The position numbers and the translations under genes are program-made. The notes under the pieces were generated by a model. It made no database searches. It saw only the letters and a program-made list of their open reading frames with translations, and was not told where the DNA came from. This document shows positions 1 through 8,296 of a stretch of DNA of 64,000 bases, piece by piece. Position 1 is the first letter of the stretch; each line of letters opens with the position of its first letter. Origin of the DNA: Acidimicrobiales bacterium (GTDB lineage Bacteria; Actinomycetota; Acidimicrobiia; Acidimicrobiales; Bin134). The stretch is from positions 2,760,982 to 2,824,981 of the forward strand of contig OZ242355.1 of the NCBI GenBank assembly GCA_965208805.1. Direction: 5' to 3'.

Positions 1-1
1 G

Positions 2-778
2 ATGGCTTGTCGCGACCTTGGGCGCGGAGCTGTCGCCGTCGCGGCCATCGGCGCTAGGGGAGGGCGCGCACAGGTGGAGGTCGCTGGGCTGGATTTAGGG
101 GACTTGGAATCGGTGCGCGAGTTCTCCGACTGGTTCTGCGGTCGTTTTGAGCGGTTGGACCTGCTCGTCAACAACGCGGGAGTCATGTTGCCGCCAGCGT
201 CGAGGACGGCGGACGGCTTCGAGATGCAATTCGGCACCAACCACCTCGGGCACTTCGCTCTCACCGCGCGGCTGTTGGGCGTGCTGCGAGCCTCGGCTGG
301 CAGCCGGGTGGTCACCGTATCGAGTCTCGCCCACCGTATAGGGGTGATCCGCTTCGACGACCTTCAGTGGGAGTCGCGCCCATACCGGGCCGCCGCGGCC
401 TACGCGCAGAGCAAGCTGGCGAACCTGTTGTTCTGCTTCGAGCTGCAACGCCGAATCGACAGCGCCGGCATCGAGATGCTCTCGGTGGCGTCCCATCCCG
501 GCTACAGCCGCACTGGCATTCTGCGCCACAGCCGAACTCTGAGGATCTGGAACCCGCTGTTCGCCATGCCGGCCTCGCAAGGCGCGCTGTCGATCCTGTT
601 CGCGGCCACCTCCCCCGACGCCGAGCCCGGCGGCTACTACGGCCCGGACCGCTGGGGACAGCTGCGCGGCTACCCCACCCGAGTGAATCCCTCCGCGGCC
701 GCGCAGGACCGGGAAACCGCCAGACGACTCTGGCAGGCGTCCGAAGAGCTCGCCGGCGTGCAATGCCTCCCCCAATGA
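2..778 (+). CDS. Short-chain dehydrogenase/reductase (SDR), 5'-partial at window edge
   Basis: ORF track 2..778. It carries the NNAGVM (NNAG) motif and the catalytic YAQSKLAN (YxxxK) motif of classical SDRs. The N-terminal glycine-rich Rossmann segment lies off-window. Confidence 0.85.
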   Translation: MACRDLGRGAVAVAAIGARGGRAQVEVAGLDLGDLESVREFSDWFCGRFERLDLLVNNAGVMLPPASRTADGFEMQFGTNHLGHFALTARLLGVLRASAGSRVVTVSSLAHRIGVIRFDDLQWESRPYRAAAAYAQSKLANLLFCFELQRRIDSAGIEMLSVASHPGYSRTGILRHSRTLRIWNPLFAMPASQGALSILFAATSPDAEPGGYYGPDRWGQLRGYPTRVNPSAAAQDRETARRLWQASEELAGVQCLPQ

Positions 779-912
779 CAAAAAAGGAGTCTTCGCGGTG
801 CGCGCGGACGCCCACGGGAACCGGCGCCGACAAGGTGATTGTCTCCCCCGTCGAACCCCCCTCCCCATCGAGGCGACCTGCTAACGGAGGATGCTGAGGG
901 TATGTTCTGGTT

Positions 913-2610
913 GTGGACGCTCGCCCGGACGGGGGTCAAGCAAAGAGCCCGATCCAAGTAGGACACCCCCGCCGGTGGGCGCTGGGTGTTGTAGCGGCGG
1001 TGATTCTGTTCGTGGGCGGCATCGGCGCTTGGGTGCTGTTGGGGGGCAGTGGGTCTGACAACGGAGTCCATGACTCCGGACCGGGAGGTGTGTCCACCGG
1101 GCAGGTGCTTGAGTGGGCCGAGTTCGACCCCGACCTGGGAGACGCCGACATCCCGGGGCTCTTCGAGCCTCTCGAGGATGGGCGCATCCTGATGTCGGCC
1201 CATCGCCTAGAGGGCGACGAAGCGGAGCTTGGGTTGCGGCTCTTGGTCACAGAGAATGGATTCGAATGGTCCGAGGTGCCCATTCCGACCGGGCTATGGC
1301 CACCCCAATTCGACTTGTCCGGCAAGCGCTGGCTGGTTGCGGGAAACGACATCCGTCGTGAGTCCGACTCGTCGGTTCGAGACCCAAATGGCGGCGACAG
1401 CCCGGGACTCGTCGAGTTTCGGGCCTTCTACTCCGATGACCAGGGGGCGAGCTGGACAGAGTCTGGGTTCGACTATTCCTCGAGCTCGATGCAAGAGCCG
1501 ACCACCTACGATTTCCCCTCATATTTCCCTACTGCGGTATTGGCCTCGGGGGATCACATGGTGATCGTGCTCCAAGGCGACGAAAGCGACACGAGTGCTG
1601 GGTCCGACTCCGACAGCGCGGTGGCCGGCCGGTCGGGAGAAGAATCCGAGATGAGACCCAAAGCCCGGATATTCGCCAGTGACGGCGGCAACTTTGAGCA
1701 GGTCGCCGAATACGACGGCTCGATCTACAACAGCATCATTTTTGAGAACGTCAGCACGCCTGCCGGCTTCTCACTCACTCTCCACGTAGAGGGCGCAACC
1801 GAACAAGCACCATTTCGGCCGTACACGCTGACTTCCCCCGATGGCCGCACTTGGAGCAAGAGCGAGGGCCCCCTCTCCTTCTTCCCAGCGGCGCTTGGCC
1901 CCGACGGATCGCAGTGGAAGACGGCTTGGACGGGTACCGGGTACGGCCTGCACCAATTCGACCGGGAAGGGACCTTGACGACCGAGGTTGCCTTCGACAA
2001 TGCGATCCCATTTCAGGTAGCCGCTGGCCGGTCAGGGCTGGCTGTCAACGCGGCGGCCTTTCCCGGCAGCAACATCTTCGCCCTCCCCGACAAGCAAATC
2101 GCCAAAGACGGCTACGAGCTTCGGCTAAACGAACCTGAGATGGGTTTCACCCTCTGGGACTTGGCGGCAGGAGCCGCAGTCTACGAGTGCGGGCCAGAAG
2201 TGCTGTGGGTTCGGGGCTTTGCCCCCTTTGAGGGTGATTGCCGGTTCAAGGGCCCCGAAGACGACGACACAGAAATGGACGCCGAAGTCCTCGTGTTCGA
2301 AGACAGGGAGTCCGGCGTCGAACTGGTGTCGTTCACCCGCGGGGAACTGGCGCCTGAGTTCCCTCTGTGGATCTTCACAGGGCTGGTATTCGACAGCCCT
2401 GACCAAGAGGAGCAGTGGCTGGGATGGTCGGCCGACGGCGCCGAGTGGGGCTGGCAGACTCCCGCCGATGCATTTGGCATCGACCCCGCTGAGGCCGACG
2501 AGCCACGGGTCCTGCTTGCCGTCGGCGACGGGTTCGTGCTCGCCCGCATGCAGCAGTTCTCAGATCAAGGACTTCCCCAGGACCGCTGGTTCATCGCCCA
2601 AGTGCCGTAG
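913..2610 (+). CDS. Membrane-anchored protein with BNR/Asp-box-like repeats
   Basis: 565-aa ORF with a GTG start. It has an N-terminal hydrophobic helix (WALGVVAAVILFVGGIGAWVLL) and two SxDxGxxW-type motifs (YSDDQGASWTES, SPDGRTWSKS). No further family assignment is possible by eye. Confidence 0.6.
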   Translation: MDARPDGGQAKSPIQVGHPRRWALGVVAAVILFVGGIGAWVLLGGSGSDNGVHDSGPGGVSTGQVLEWAEFDPDLGDADIPGLFEPLEDGRILMSAHRLEGDEAELGLRLLVTENGFEWSEVPIPTGLWPPQFDLSGKRWLVAGNDIRRESDSSVRDPNGGDSPGLVEFRAFYSDDQGASWTESGFDYSSSSMQEPTTYDFPSYFPTAVLASGDHMVIVLQGDESDTSAGSDSDSAVAGRSGEESEMRPKARIFASDGGNFEQVAEYDGSIYNSIIFENVSTPAGFSLTLHVEGATEQAPFRPYTLTSPDGRTWSKSEGPLSFFPAALGPDGSQWKTAWTGTGYGLHQFDREGTLTTEVAFDNAIPFQVAAGRSGLAVNAAAFPGSNIFALPDKQIAKDGYELRLNEPEMGFTLWDLAAGAAVYECGPEVLWVRGFAPFEGDCRFKGPEDDDTEMDAEVLVFEDRESGVELVSFTRGELAPEFPLWIFTGLVFDSPDQEEQWLGWSADGAEWGWQTPADAFGIDPAEADEPRVLLAVGDGFVLARMQQFSDQGLPQDRWFIAQVP

Positions 2611-2632
2611 GCGGGGATTGGGCTCCGATCGG

Positions 2633-2989
2633 TTATCGAGTCTGCAACGCGCAGCGAGATTCTTCGACGAGCGGTTTGGGCGGGTAGTGGAGCCCGTCGT
2701 ACATCCGGCGCTGGCCCAAGGGCTCTGATAACTCACCCCCATACGTGTTGAGCACTCCCCCGACGATCGGATCGGGATTCTGGGTCGCACCGAGCTTGCC
2801 CACGAGTTGCGACCTCAGCTCCGGCACATCTTCACAGTTCGCCACACCCGCCCGGCCGTCGGGCACACTCTGCGGTTCCGCCACCGACAGCGTGGGCTCG
2901 ACCCCGCCAACCACCACACCGCCAGAACCCGCCCCTCCGCACCCCACGGCAAATGCCACTACGGCCAACAGAATCGCCAACGCCCTCAT
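2633..2989 (-). CDS. Putative lipoprotein
   Basis: 118-aa ORF. The N-terminus MRALAILLAVVAFAVGCGGAGSGG looks like a signal peptide plus lipobox (A-V-G-C). No recognisable domain. Confidence 0.5.
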   Translation of the reverse strand: MRALAILLAVVAFAVGCGGAGSGGVVVGGVEPTLSVAEPQSVPDGRAGVANCEDVPELRSQLVGKLGATQNPDPIVGGVLNTYGGELSEPLGQRRMYDGLHYPPKPLVEESRCALQTR

Positions 2990-3092
2990 AACCGCTTAGA
3001 CGACCCAACCCTATGCCGAGTTCCCAACCCGCCGCCCCAAGACCGCACCAACAACGTGACCAGCCAATGGGGCGAACCTCATGCCCTGGGAC

Positions 3093-3692
3093 TCACCGGT
3101 CCTGTGCGCGGGCGGGAAGTTGGTCTATGGCTTGGGCGGGGCGGGCAGCGATGATGCCGTCTACGGGTATGTCTATGAGCTGGGCGTAGTAGTCGGGGTG
3201 CTCCTGCCAGGCTTCGTTGGGCCAGACCCACACGGCGAGGCCCTCGTCGGCGGCTTTGGCGAGAAGCTCCTCGGTGAGCACTTCGAAGCCGTTGAAGGCG
3301 GGCGGCACTTGCAGCACGAGGTCGTTGGGGTGAAGCGGCGCCGACGCGAAGGCCCACGCGGCCATGGCGTTCTGGCCGGGGCTGATGACCACCTCGGGGG
3401 CGTGCTCGCGGAAAGCGGCCAAAGCGTCGTCGCTGAAAGACGCCACGATCACCGAGTCGGCCCGGCCCAGCTCTTCTATCTCAGCGGCCAGCGCCACTGC
3501 CATTTGGCGGATGAACTCGACGTCGTCGTTGCCGTCGTGGCCCGCGGGGGTCTTGATCTCCACATCGAACACAAACTCGGGAAACGCCTCCGCCACCGAC
3601 CCATGCCCGCCAATATAGGAATCTCGGCTCTGGCCCCTGTTTCCAGCGGCAGTGGTCTCGCCATCCTGAGCGGGCGGGCACGAACCTGGTGC
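3093..3692 (-). pseudogene. Glycerophosphodiester phosphodiesterase (GDPD) remnant lacking the N-terminal catalytic third
   Basis: ORF 3093..3596 matches only the middle and C-terminal GDPD pattern (FDVEIK..., VIVASFSDDALAAF...). The frame stays open upstream to 3692 with no ATG/GTG and no HRG/PENT motifs, and is closed by the TAG formed by the CTAG at 3693-3696. Confidence 0.6.
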
Positions 3693-3860
3693 CTAGTGGT
3701 GTGTCTTGGGTTTAATCGCGCGTGTCCTGCTAGGCATCGACGCCCCTCGCGGCGTTGCTCCTCCTTGCCGTACGCTGCGGGTATGGCTGCGTCGGTGCGC
3801 CTTGCGAGGAACGCCGCTGCCGTCGCAATCCCCGGCGCTAAACCCAAGACACACCACTAG
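3693..3860. mobile_element. MITE-like non-coding element with perfect 22-bp terminal inverted repeats
   Basis: CTAGTGGTGTGTCTTGGGTTTA (3693-3714) is the exact reverse complement of TAAACCCAAGACACACCACTAG (3839-3860). The 124-bp interior has no credible ORF. The ends read C-TA-[GTGGTG...CACCAC]-TA-G, i.e. a TA duplication inside a CTAG target. Confidence 0.6.
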
Positions 3861-3921
3861 TGACTGATGCCGCGGGCCGACGGACCCTGGTGCTGCTTGT
3901 GGGTGGTTGGGAGAGTCTCTG

Positions 3922-4239
3922 CTAGCAGGCTAGGGCGGTTCTCAAGGCGGCACAGGCTTGGGCGAGGCGGTCTGGCTCGAGGGTGCAGATGCGCTCGACG
4001 AGGAGCGCTTTGGGCACGACTCTGAGGTTGTCGAAGCTGGCGGCGCATTCTGTGGGCATGCCGTCGTCGGGGCCCAATCGCAATTCAGTGGGAATGTTTC
4101 GTACGGAGCGGGTCATCGGTGCGGCAACTACATGGTTCAGGACGGGAATGGCGGTCGGTCTGGTCATGATGAGAAATGGGCGGCGTCCGAGTTCTTCGAT
4201 CTCTCCCCACCAGACTTCGCCGCGACCGTGGGAATTCAC
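3922..4239 (-). CDS. mazF: MazF/PemK-family type II toxin (endoribonuclease)
   Basis: 105 aa. It shows the N-terminal RGEVWWGEI...GRRPFLIMTR pattern and the internal AAPMTRSVRNIPTE typical of the PemK/MazF fold. It overlaps the upstream antitoxin gene by 4 nt. Confidence 0.85.
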   Translation of the reverse strand: MNSHGRGEVWWGEIEELGRRPFLIMTRPTAIPVLNHVVAAPMTRSVRNIPTELRLGPDDGMPTECAASFDNLRVVPKALLVERICTLEPDRLAQACAALRTALAC

Positions 4240-4490
4240 CAGGGTTCCTCCGCGATGGCGTCGCGCATGGATGCGAGTGCGGCATGTTGCTCTTGCTGGG
4301 TGGGTGGGTGGCGGATGTAGCCGTCGATGATCTGCCGGTCTATCCGGTGCTGTTGCTCGCCGTGGACGATTGCCTCGATGCCGGCGCGGATGGCTGCGGC
4401 CCGGGATCGGAATGCGCCGCCAGCCACCAGGGCATCAAGGTCGGCAAGCAAGGCTTCGGACAGCCGTACCGGTATCTGCCTCGTTTGCAT
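4236..4490 (-). CDS. Ribbon-helix-helix (CopG/MazE-like) antitoxin
   Basis: 84 aa. The N-terminal RQIPVRLSEALLADLDALV...SRAAAIRAGIEAIV segment is a typical RHH fold pattern. It is 4-nt overlapped with the mazF-like gene. Confidence 0.8.
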   Translation of the reverse strand: MQTRQIPVRLSEALLADLDALVAGGAFRSRAAAIRAGIEAIVHGEQQHRIDRQIIDGYIRHPPTQQEQHAALASMRDAIAEEPW

Positions 4491-5038
4491 CCCAAAAGTA
4501 TATCACAAGTGGGATTCGTTGGCTGTCCTACTCCCGTGCCAGAGATCGGGCGCTTCGATCTCAACGATCTCCAGCCCCAACAGCCCCGCGACTCGGTCCA
4601 AGAACTCAACGCTTATGGCGATCCAGCCCTCGGGGCTGGCAACTGTAGATGAGCAAACAGAGATCGATGACGACGTAGACGCACTGCTCGCCGAGGCGGG
4701 CATTGCGCCTCGGCCACGAGGCCGCGTCTATTACTTGGAAATGCCGACGGGGATTTCTGAACCATGAACGGCCATATTCCCGGACGCATCACGATGGCAA
4801 GCGAGATTGCGGCTCGCGCTCTGGCCTGACGTGTGTATTGGCCTAGCGGCGCTACAAGAGGATCGAGTCGGCAAGCGGTTGGTCTATTGTTGCCCTCACG
4901 TCTTCAGGGTCCGGTCGACCATCCATATGTCACCCCCTCTTTGTACGGTAATTTCATGTCACAGAGAGCACGCGGACTACCCATCCGCGAATACCCAGTC
5001 CTCACCCACCTGTTCATCATGTTCTTCAACATCGCAGC

Positions 5039-5746
5039 ATGAGAGCCGCCGAGTTCTTCGCCGGTATGGGCCTGATGAGAGCAGGTCTAGAGCGGGTGGG
5101 AGTGACCACGGTGTTCGCGAACGACATCGACACAACCAAGGCCGCTCTCTACCGTGCCAATTGGGGCGACGATGTGCTGGTGGTAGAGGACATCCGCAAC
5201 CTTCATGGCGACGACATTCCAGATGCCGAGATTGCCACGGCCTCATTCCCGTGCGTGGACATGTCGCTGGCGGGCAACCTTGCGGGTCTCGACGGCGAAC
5301 AGTCTGGTTTGATCACCGAGTTCTGCCGCATTCTCATAGAAATGGGTGAACGGCGTCCCAGGGCTGTGATTGTCGAGAACGTGCCGGGTTTCGCCACAGT
5401 CAACGGCGGCTGAGATTTTGCGCAAGTCGTCGAGATGCTGGAATCACTCGGCTATGCGGTGAATTCCATCGTCGTCAATGCGTCGGCATTCGTGCCGCAG
5501 AGCCGAGCCCGGGTGTTCTTGCTGGGAGCGCTTGGTGAACAGCCACAGGCCCTGGTGCGAGTGGGGCGCGACAGGTTCGATGTGCGTTGGATGGATGTAA
5601 ACGAATACGCCCGCCTTCAAGGAGCCGAAACCTTGAACTATGACTCCGTGTCGGAGCGGCAAGCCATGTTCGCGCTGGGAGATGCGGTGTGCGTGCCGGT
5701 CATCGAGTGGCTTGGCCAAAACTGGCTGATGACGCTCGCAGCTTGA
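5039..5746 (+). pseudogene. DNA (cytosine-5)-methyltransferase, disrupted by an in-frame TGA and lacking a target-recognition domain
   Basis: ORFs 5039..5413 and 5435..5746 share one frame and are separated only by the TGA at 5411-5413. Motif I FAGMG, motif IV FPCVDMS (PC), motif VI VIVENVPGF, motif VIII QSRARVFLLG and motif X-like GDAVCVPV are all present. Only about 25 residues lie between motifs VIII and IX, where a TRD of 100+ aa is expected. Confidence 0.8.
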
Positions 5747-6309
5747 CCTCAAATTCGCCACCCGAAGTTGGCGCTCTCCACGACGGAGTAACTCGCCTGC
5801 TCGACGCCCTCGACCCATCGGGCCGCAAGGTGGGAGATTGCACCTGCGGCGTGTACCTGTTTACTGACTACGACGGCGAGCCGATCTACGTGGGGCAAAC
5901 CAAAGAGAAGCTTCGCACCCGAATCCGCCGCCACCTGACAAATCAGCGAACTGATGCCGTGGCCATGCGGGTGCTTGACCCGTTCGAGGTCGCGGAGATC
6001 GAGATGTGGCCATTCTGGGACTTGGCGCACAAGGATGTGGGCGACACGCTCGATCGGGCCGAGTACACCGTTTACCGGCGGGCCCTCTCCGACTCGAAAT
6101 TCAATGCCGTGCTCAACGAGGTGGAGATCACCGAGACAGAGCTGGTCGACCTACCTGAAGGCGTGTCCGGATACGGCGGGATCATCGGGTCGATCAGCTG
6201 CGACGCCTTCGGCGACTGCGGCGTGCGGCGAATTGCCGTGGTCGAACATCTCGATTCCGGCGACCCAGCTGCCACTCGGTCCAACACTGTCTACGAGTAC
6301 AATCCGTAG
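5743..6309 (+). CDS. GIY-YIG nuclease domain protein with a foreign C-terminal tail (possible former restriction endonuclease; chimeric)
   Basis: Frame of ORF 5689..6309. A TTG at 5743 overlaps the methyltransferase stop (TTGA). The GIY-YIG pattern is GVYLFTDYDGEPIYVGQTKEKLRTRIRRH ... E ... N. The last 45 or so residues (GGIIGSISCDAFGDCGVRRIAVVEH...TVYEYNP) resemble the C-terminus of Leu/Ile/Val-type periplasmic binding proteins. The start codon is uncertain. Confidence 0.55.
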   Translation: MTSNSPPEVGALHDGVTRLLDALDPSGRKVGDCTCGVYLFTDYDGEPIYVGQTKEKLRTRIRRHLTNQRTDAVAMRVLDPFEVAEIEMWPFWDLAHKDVGDTLDRAEYTVYRRALSDSKFNAVLNEVEITETELVDLPEGVSGYGGIIGSISCDAFGDCGVRRIAVVEHLDSGDPAATRSNTVYEYNP

Positions 6310-6496
6310 CCAGACGCCGATGAGGCCACTCGAACGACCCTTCAACTGACCAGCGACGACGCATCCGCACGCGAGAAAATCCGTCGGAATTGTTGCCACC
6401 TTTCCATCAGCCATGTGGCAACCATCAGCGCCCGCAGACCGGTACCTGCGCGGGACCTGGTCGTGCCATTCGAAGACATCGCTCGCAAGTGGGTCA

Positions 6497-6915
6497 ATGC
6501 TGTTGTTCCGCCGCAAGTATCCACGGTGGTGGTTCGACTGGAACCTCGAAGTCACAAGATTCTCGACCCGGGTGGGGGCATACACCGTGCTCTTGCGAGA
6601 TGAGTACCCCTCTACCGACGAGGAGCAGGCAGTCCACCTCGATTTGGACTACCCCGACGCGCCACGCGACCTGAATCATTGGCTGCCGCTGGTCAAGTGG
6701 ATTCTCGCCATTCCCCACTACGTCGTTCTGGCCGTCCTGGGCATCGCAGCCAGGCTGTGCATTGTGATCGCGTGGTTCGCGATCATCATCACCGGCCGTT
6801 ACCCGCGTCGCCTTTTCGATTTCGTGGTCGGCGTAAACCGTTGGTCGCTGCGTGTCTCTGCCTATGCGTGGCTGCTCATAACTGACCGTTACCCCCCCTT
6901 TACGTTGTTGGGTGG
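6497..6915 (+). pseudogene. DUF4389-family membrane protein fragment (N-terminally truncated, no own stop codon)
   Basis: It lies within ORF 6413..7435. The sequence KYPRWWFDWNLEVTRFSTRVGAYTVLL..YPSTDE..LDLDYP...WLPLVKWILAIPHYVVL...AWFAIIITGRYPRRLFDFVVGVNRWSLRVSAYAWLLITDRYPPF matches the DUF4389 pattern from memory. The first repeat module is missing. Downstream translation is low-complexity until the DUF433 gene. Confidence 0.5.
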
Positions 6916-7180
6916 TCCTGGCCGTGACAGTGTTGGGGCTGGTTGCTCGCCGCCTGAGGCCGAGTCGGGGCCAGCGGACAAAAGAGCACCCGCCCCACAT
7001 GACCACCACCCCGCCTTACACAGAGCGTCCGAGTGTCATTGTTGGTGTTGCCGGGGCCTTCGGCCAGGGGATTTCGGTTCGGTTCCATACTCGGCGGTGC
7101 CTCCGCAAATGGGGTCTCGCGCCCCGCGGCGGCAGTGTCGGATAGCTAGCATTGCGAAAGAAGCGCAGGGAGGAGCAGCC

Positions 7181-7435
7181 ATGGCAGCGGCGGCTGAGTT
7201 GATGGACCGCATTACGGTGCGCCAGGACGTCTTCGGCGGCAAGCCGATCATCCGCGATCTACGGATGGCCGTCGAGCACGTCTTGGGCATGCTCGCGGCA
7301 GGCGAGTCGTCCGAGACGATTCTTCGCGAGCACCCCGTGTTGGAGCCTGAGGACATCCAGGCCTGTCTGCTCTACGCTCATCGCTGCATCGCCGGCGCTG
7401 ATGTGCATGAGCGGCTTCCCGTTGGCGGGGCGTGA
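7181..7435 (+). CDS. DUF433-domain protein (antitoxin-like partner of DUF5615)
   Basis: ATG at 7181 preceded by AGGAGC at 7171. The sequence ITVRQDVFGGKPIIRDLRMAVEHVLGMLAAGESSETILREHPVLEPEDIQACLLYA fits the DUF433 pattern. Its stop overlaps the next GTG start (GTGA). Confidence 0.8.
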   Translation: MAAAAELMDRITVRQDVFGGKPIIRDLRMAVEHVLGMLAAGESSETILREHPVLEPEDIQACLLYAHRCIAGADVHERLPVGGA

Positions 7436-7788
7436 GGTTCCTGCTCGATGTTTGCGCCGCGTCCCGCAGCATGCGCGAGACGCTGATCGCTCTCGGCCAT
7501 GACGTGTTTTCTGCCGCAGAGCACACGCCAACAGCGTCTGATGCCGAACTTCTCGGCCAAGCACTGGCGCAGGACCGAGTACTGGTGACCTAGGACAAGG
7601 ATTTCGGCGACCTGGTGTTCGCACAACGGCTGGCGCATCCGTGCATCATTCGCTTCACTGAAATGGCCGTTGCCGACAAAGTCGCAGCCATGCAGGAGTT
7701 AATCGATCACCATGCCGATGCAATACAGGCTGGCAACATCATCGTCGTGTCCCGAAACCGTGTGCGCATCCGCCGCCAAACGCGTTGA
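7432..7788 (+). pseudogene. DUF5615/Mut7-C PIN-like toxin gene interrupted by an in-frame TAG
   Basis: GTG at 7432. Translation is VRFLLDVCAASRSMRETLIALGHDVFSAAEHTPTASDAELLGQALAQDRVLVT*DKDFGDLVF...IIVVSRNRVRIRRQTR. The TAG at 7591-7593 is codon 54 and sits inside the conserved LVTxDKDFG block. The frame ends with TGA at 7786-7788. Confidence 0.75.
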
Positions 7789-8157
7789 AACCACAGCGCC
7801 TCTTGGGCTTGGGCCTCGGCAACGGTGAACGGCTCGACGGTGTTCCACGGCACGTCGGGCAGTATCCAGCCGAGCGCGGCGAGCACCCGCGCCCAGCGGG
7901 CGTGCTCGGCGTAGGCGGGGCGGCCCTTGTTGGCGTCGTGGTATCGCTTCACGGTGCTCGAGCGCCTTTGCACGGGCGTCGGCCAGGCTCACCTCGGGCC
8001 AGGCTCCCAATCCGGCTTCTCGGCGGCGCCCGTCCACGGTCACGCGCAGAACCCAGCACCTCGACCCGGATTCGTACACTCGCAGTATCAGTCCCTGCCC
8101 GTCTTGGTGCTTTCCAGGACCAGCGTTCTTGACTTTGGCGGCAGTAAGAAGCGGCAT
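7699..8157 (-). pseudogene. Tyrosine integrase remnant (N-terminal DUF4102/arm-binding domain only)
   Basis: From the ATG at 8157: MPLLTAAKVKNAGPGKHQDGQGLILRVYESGSRCWVLRVTVDGRRREAGLGAWPEVSLADARAKA, the typical P4-type integrase arm domain. Similarity then moves to another frame (ORF 7707..7973). No catalytic R-H-R-Y domain follows. It lies next to the tRNA-Arg 3' end. Confidence 0.7.
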
Positions 8158-8296
8158 CCTATCCCCCAATCTGTGGGGGATAGCCCGAATATGGCTGAGA
8201 ACAGCATACCATTATCCCATAACACAACACCGTTGATGAACTGGGGTTTTGTGGAAGAACTGGGACCAGACGACAACAATAGAGAACTCGTGGAAG

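Noticed and set aside
3681-3693. Treating CGAACCTGGTGCC as a proven att repeat of the tRNA-Arg island. A similar CGGACCCTGGTGC also occurs at 3881-3893.
   Set aside because: It is only an 11/13 match to the tRNA T-arm segment, and a match of that quality is expected by chance somewhere in 64 kb. It is kept as a weak hint inside the island finding, not as a feature.
4617-4767. A 50-codon acidic ORF (MAIQPSGLATVDEQTEIDDDVDALLAEAG...) and other small ORFs between mazE and the methyltransferase gene (4500-5040), and ORF 56311..56538.
   Set aside because: No motifs, no convincing SD sequences and no conservation evidence are available from the sequence alone.
6413-7435. A single 340-aa protein as suggested by the ORF track.
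   Set aside because: It is a composite of a DUF4389 fragment, a low-complexity linker and an independent DUF433 gene with its own SD and ATG at 7181.
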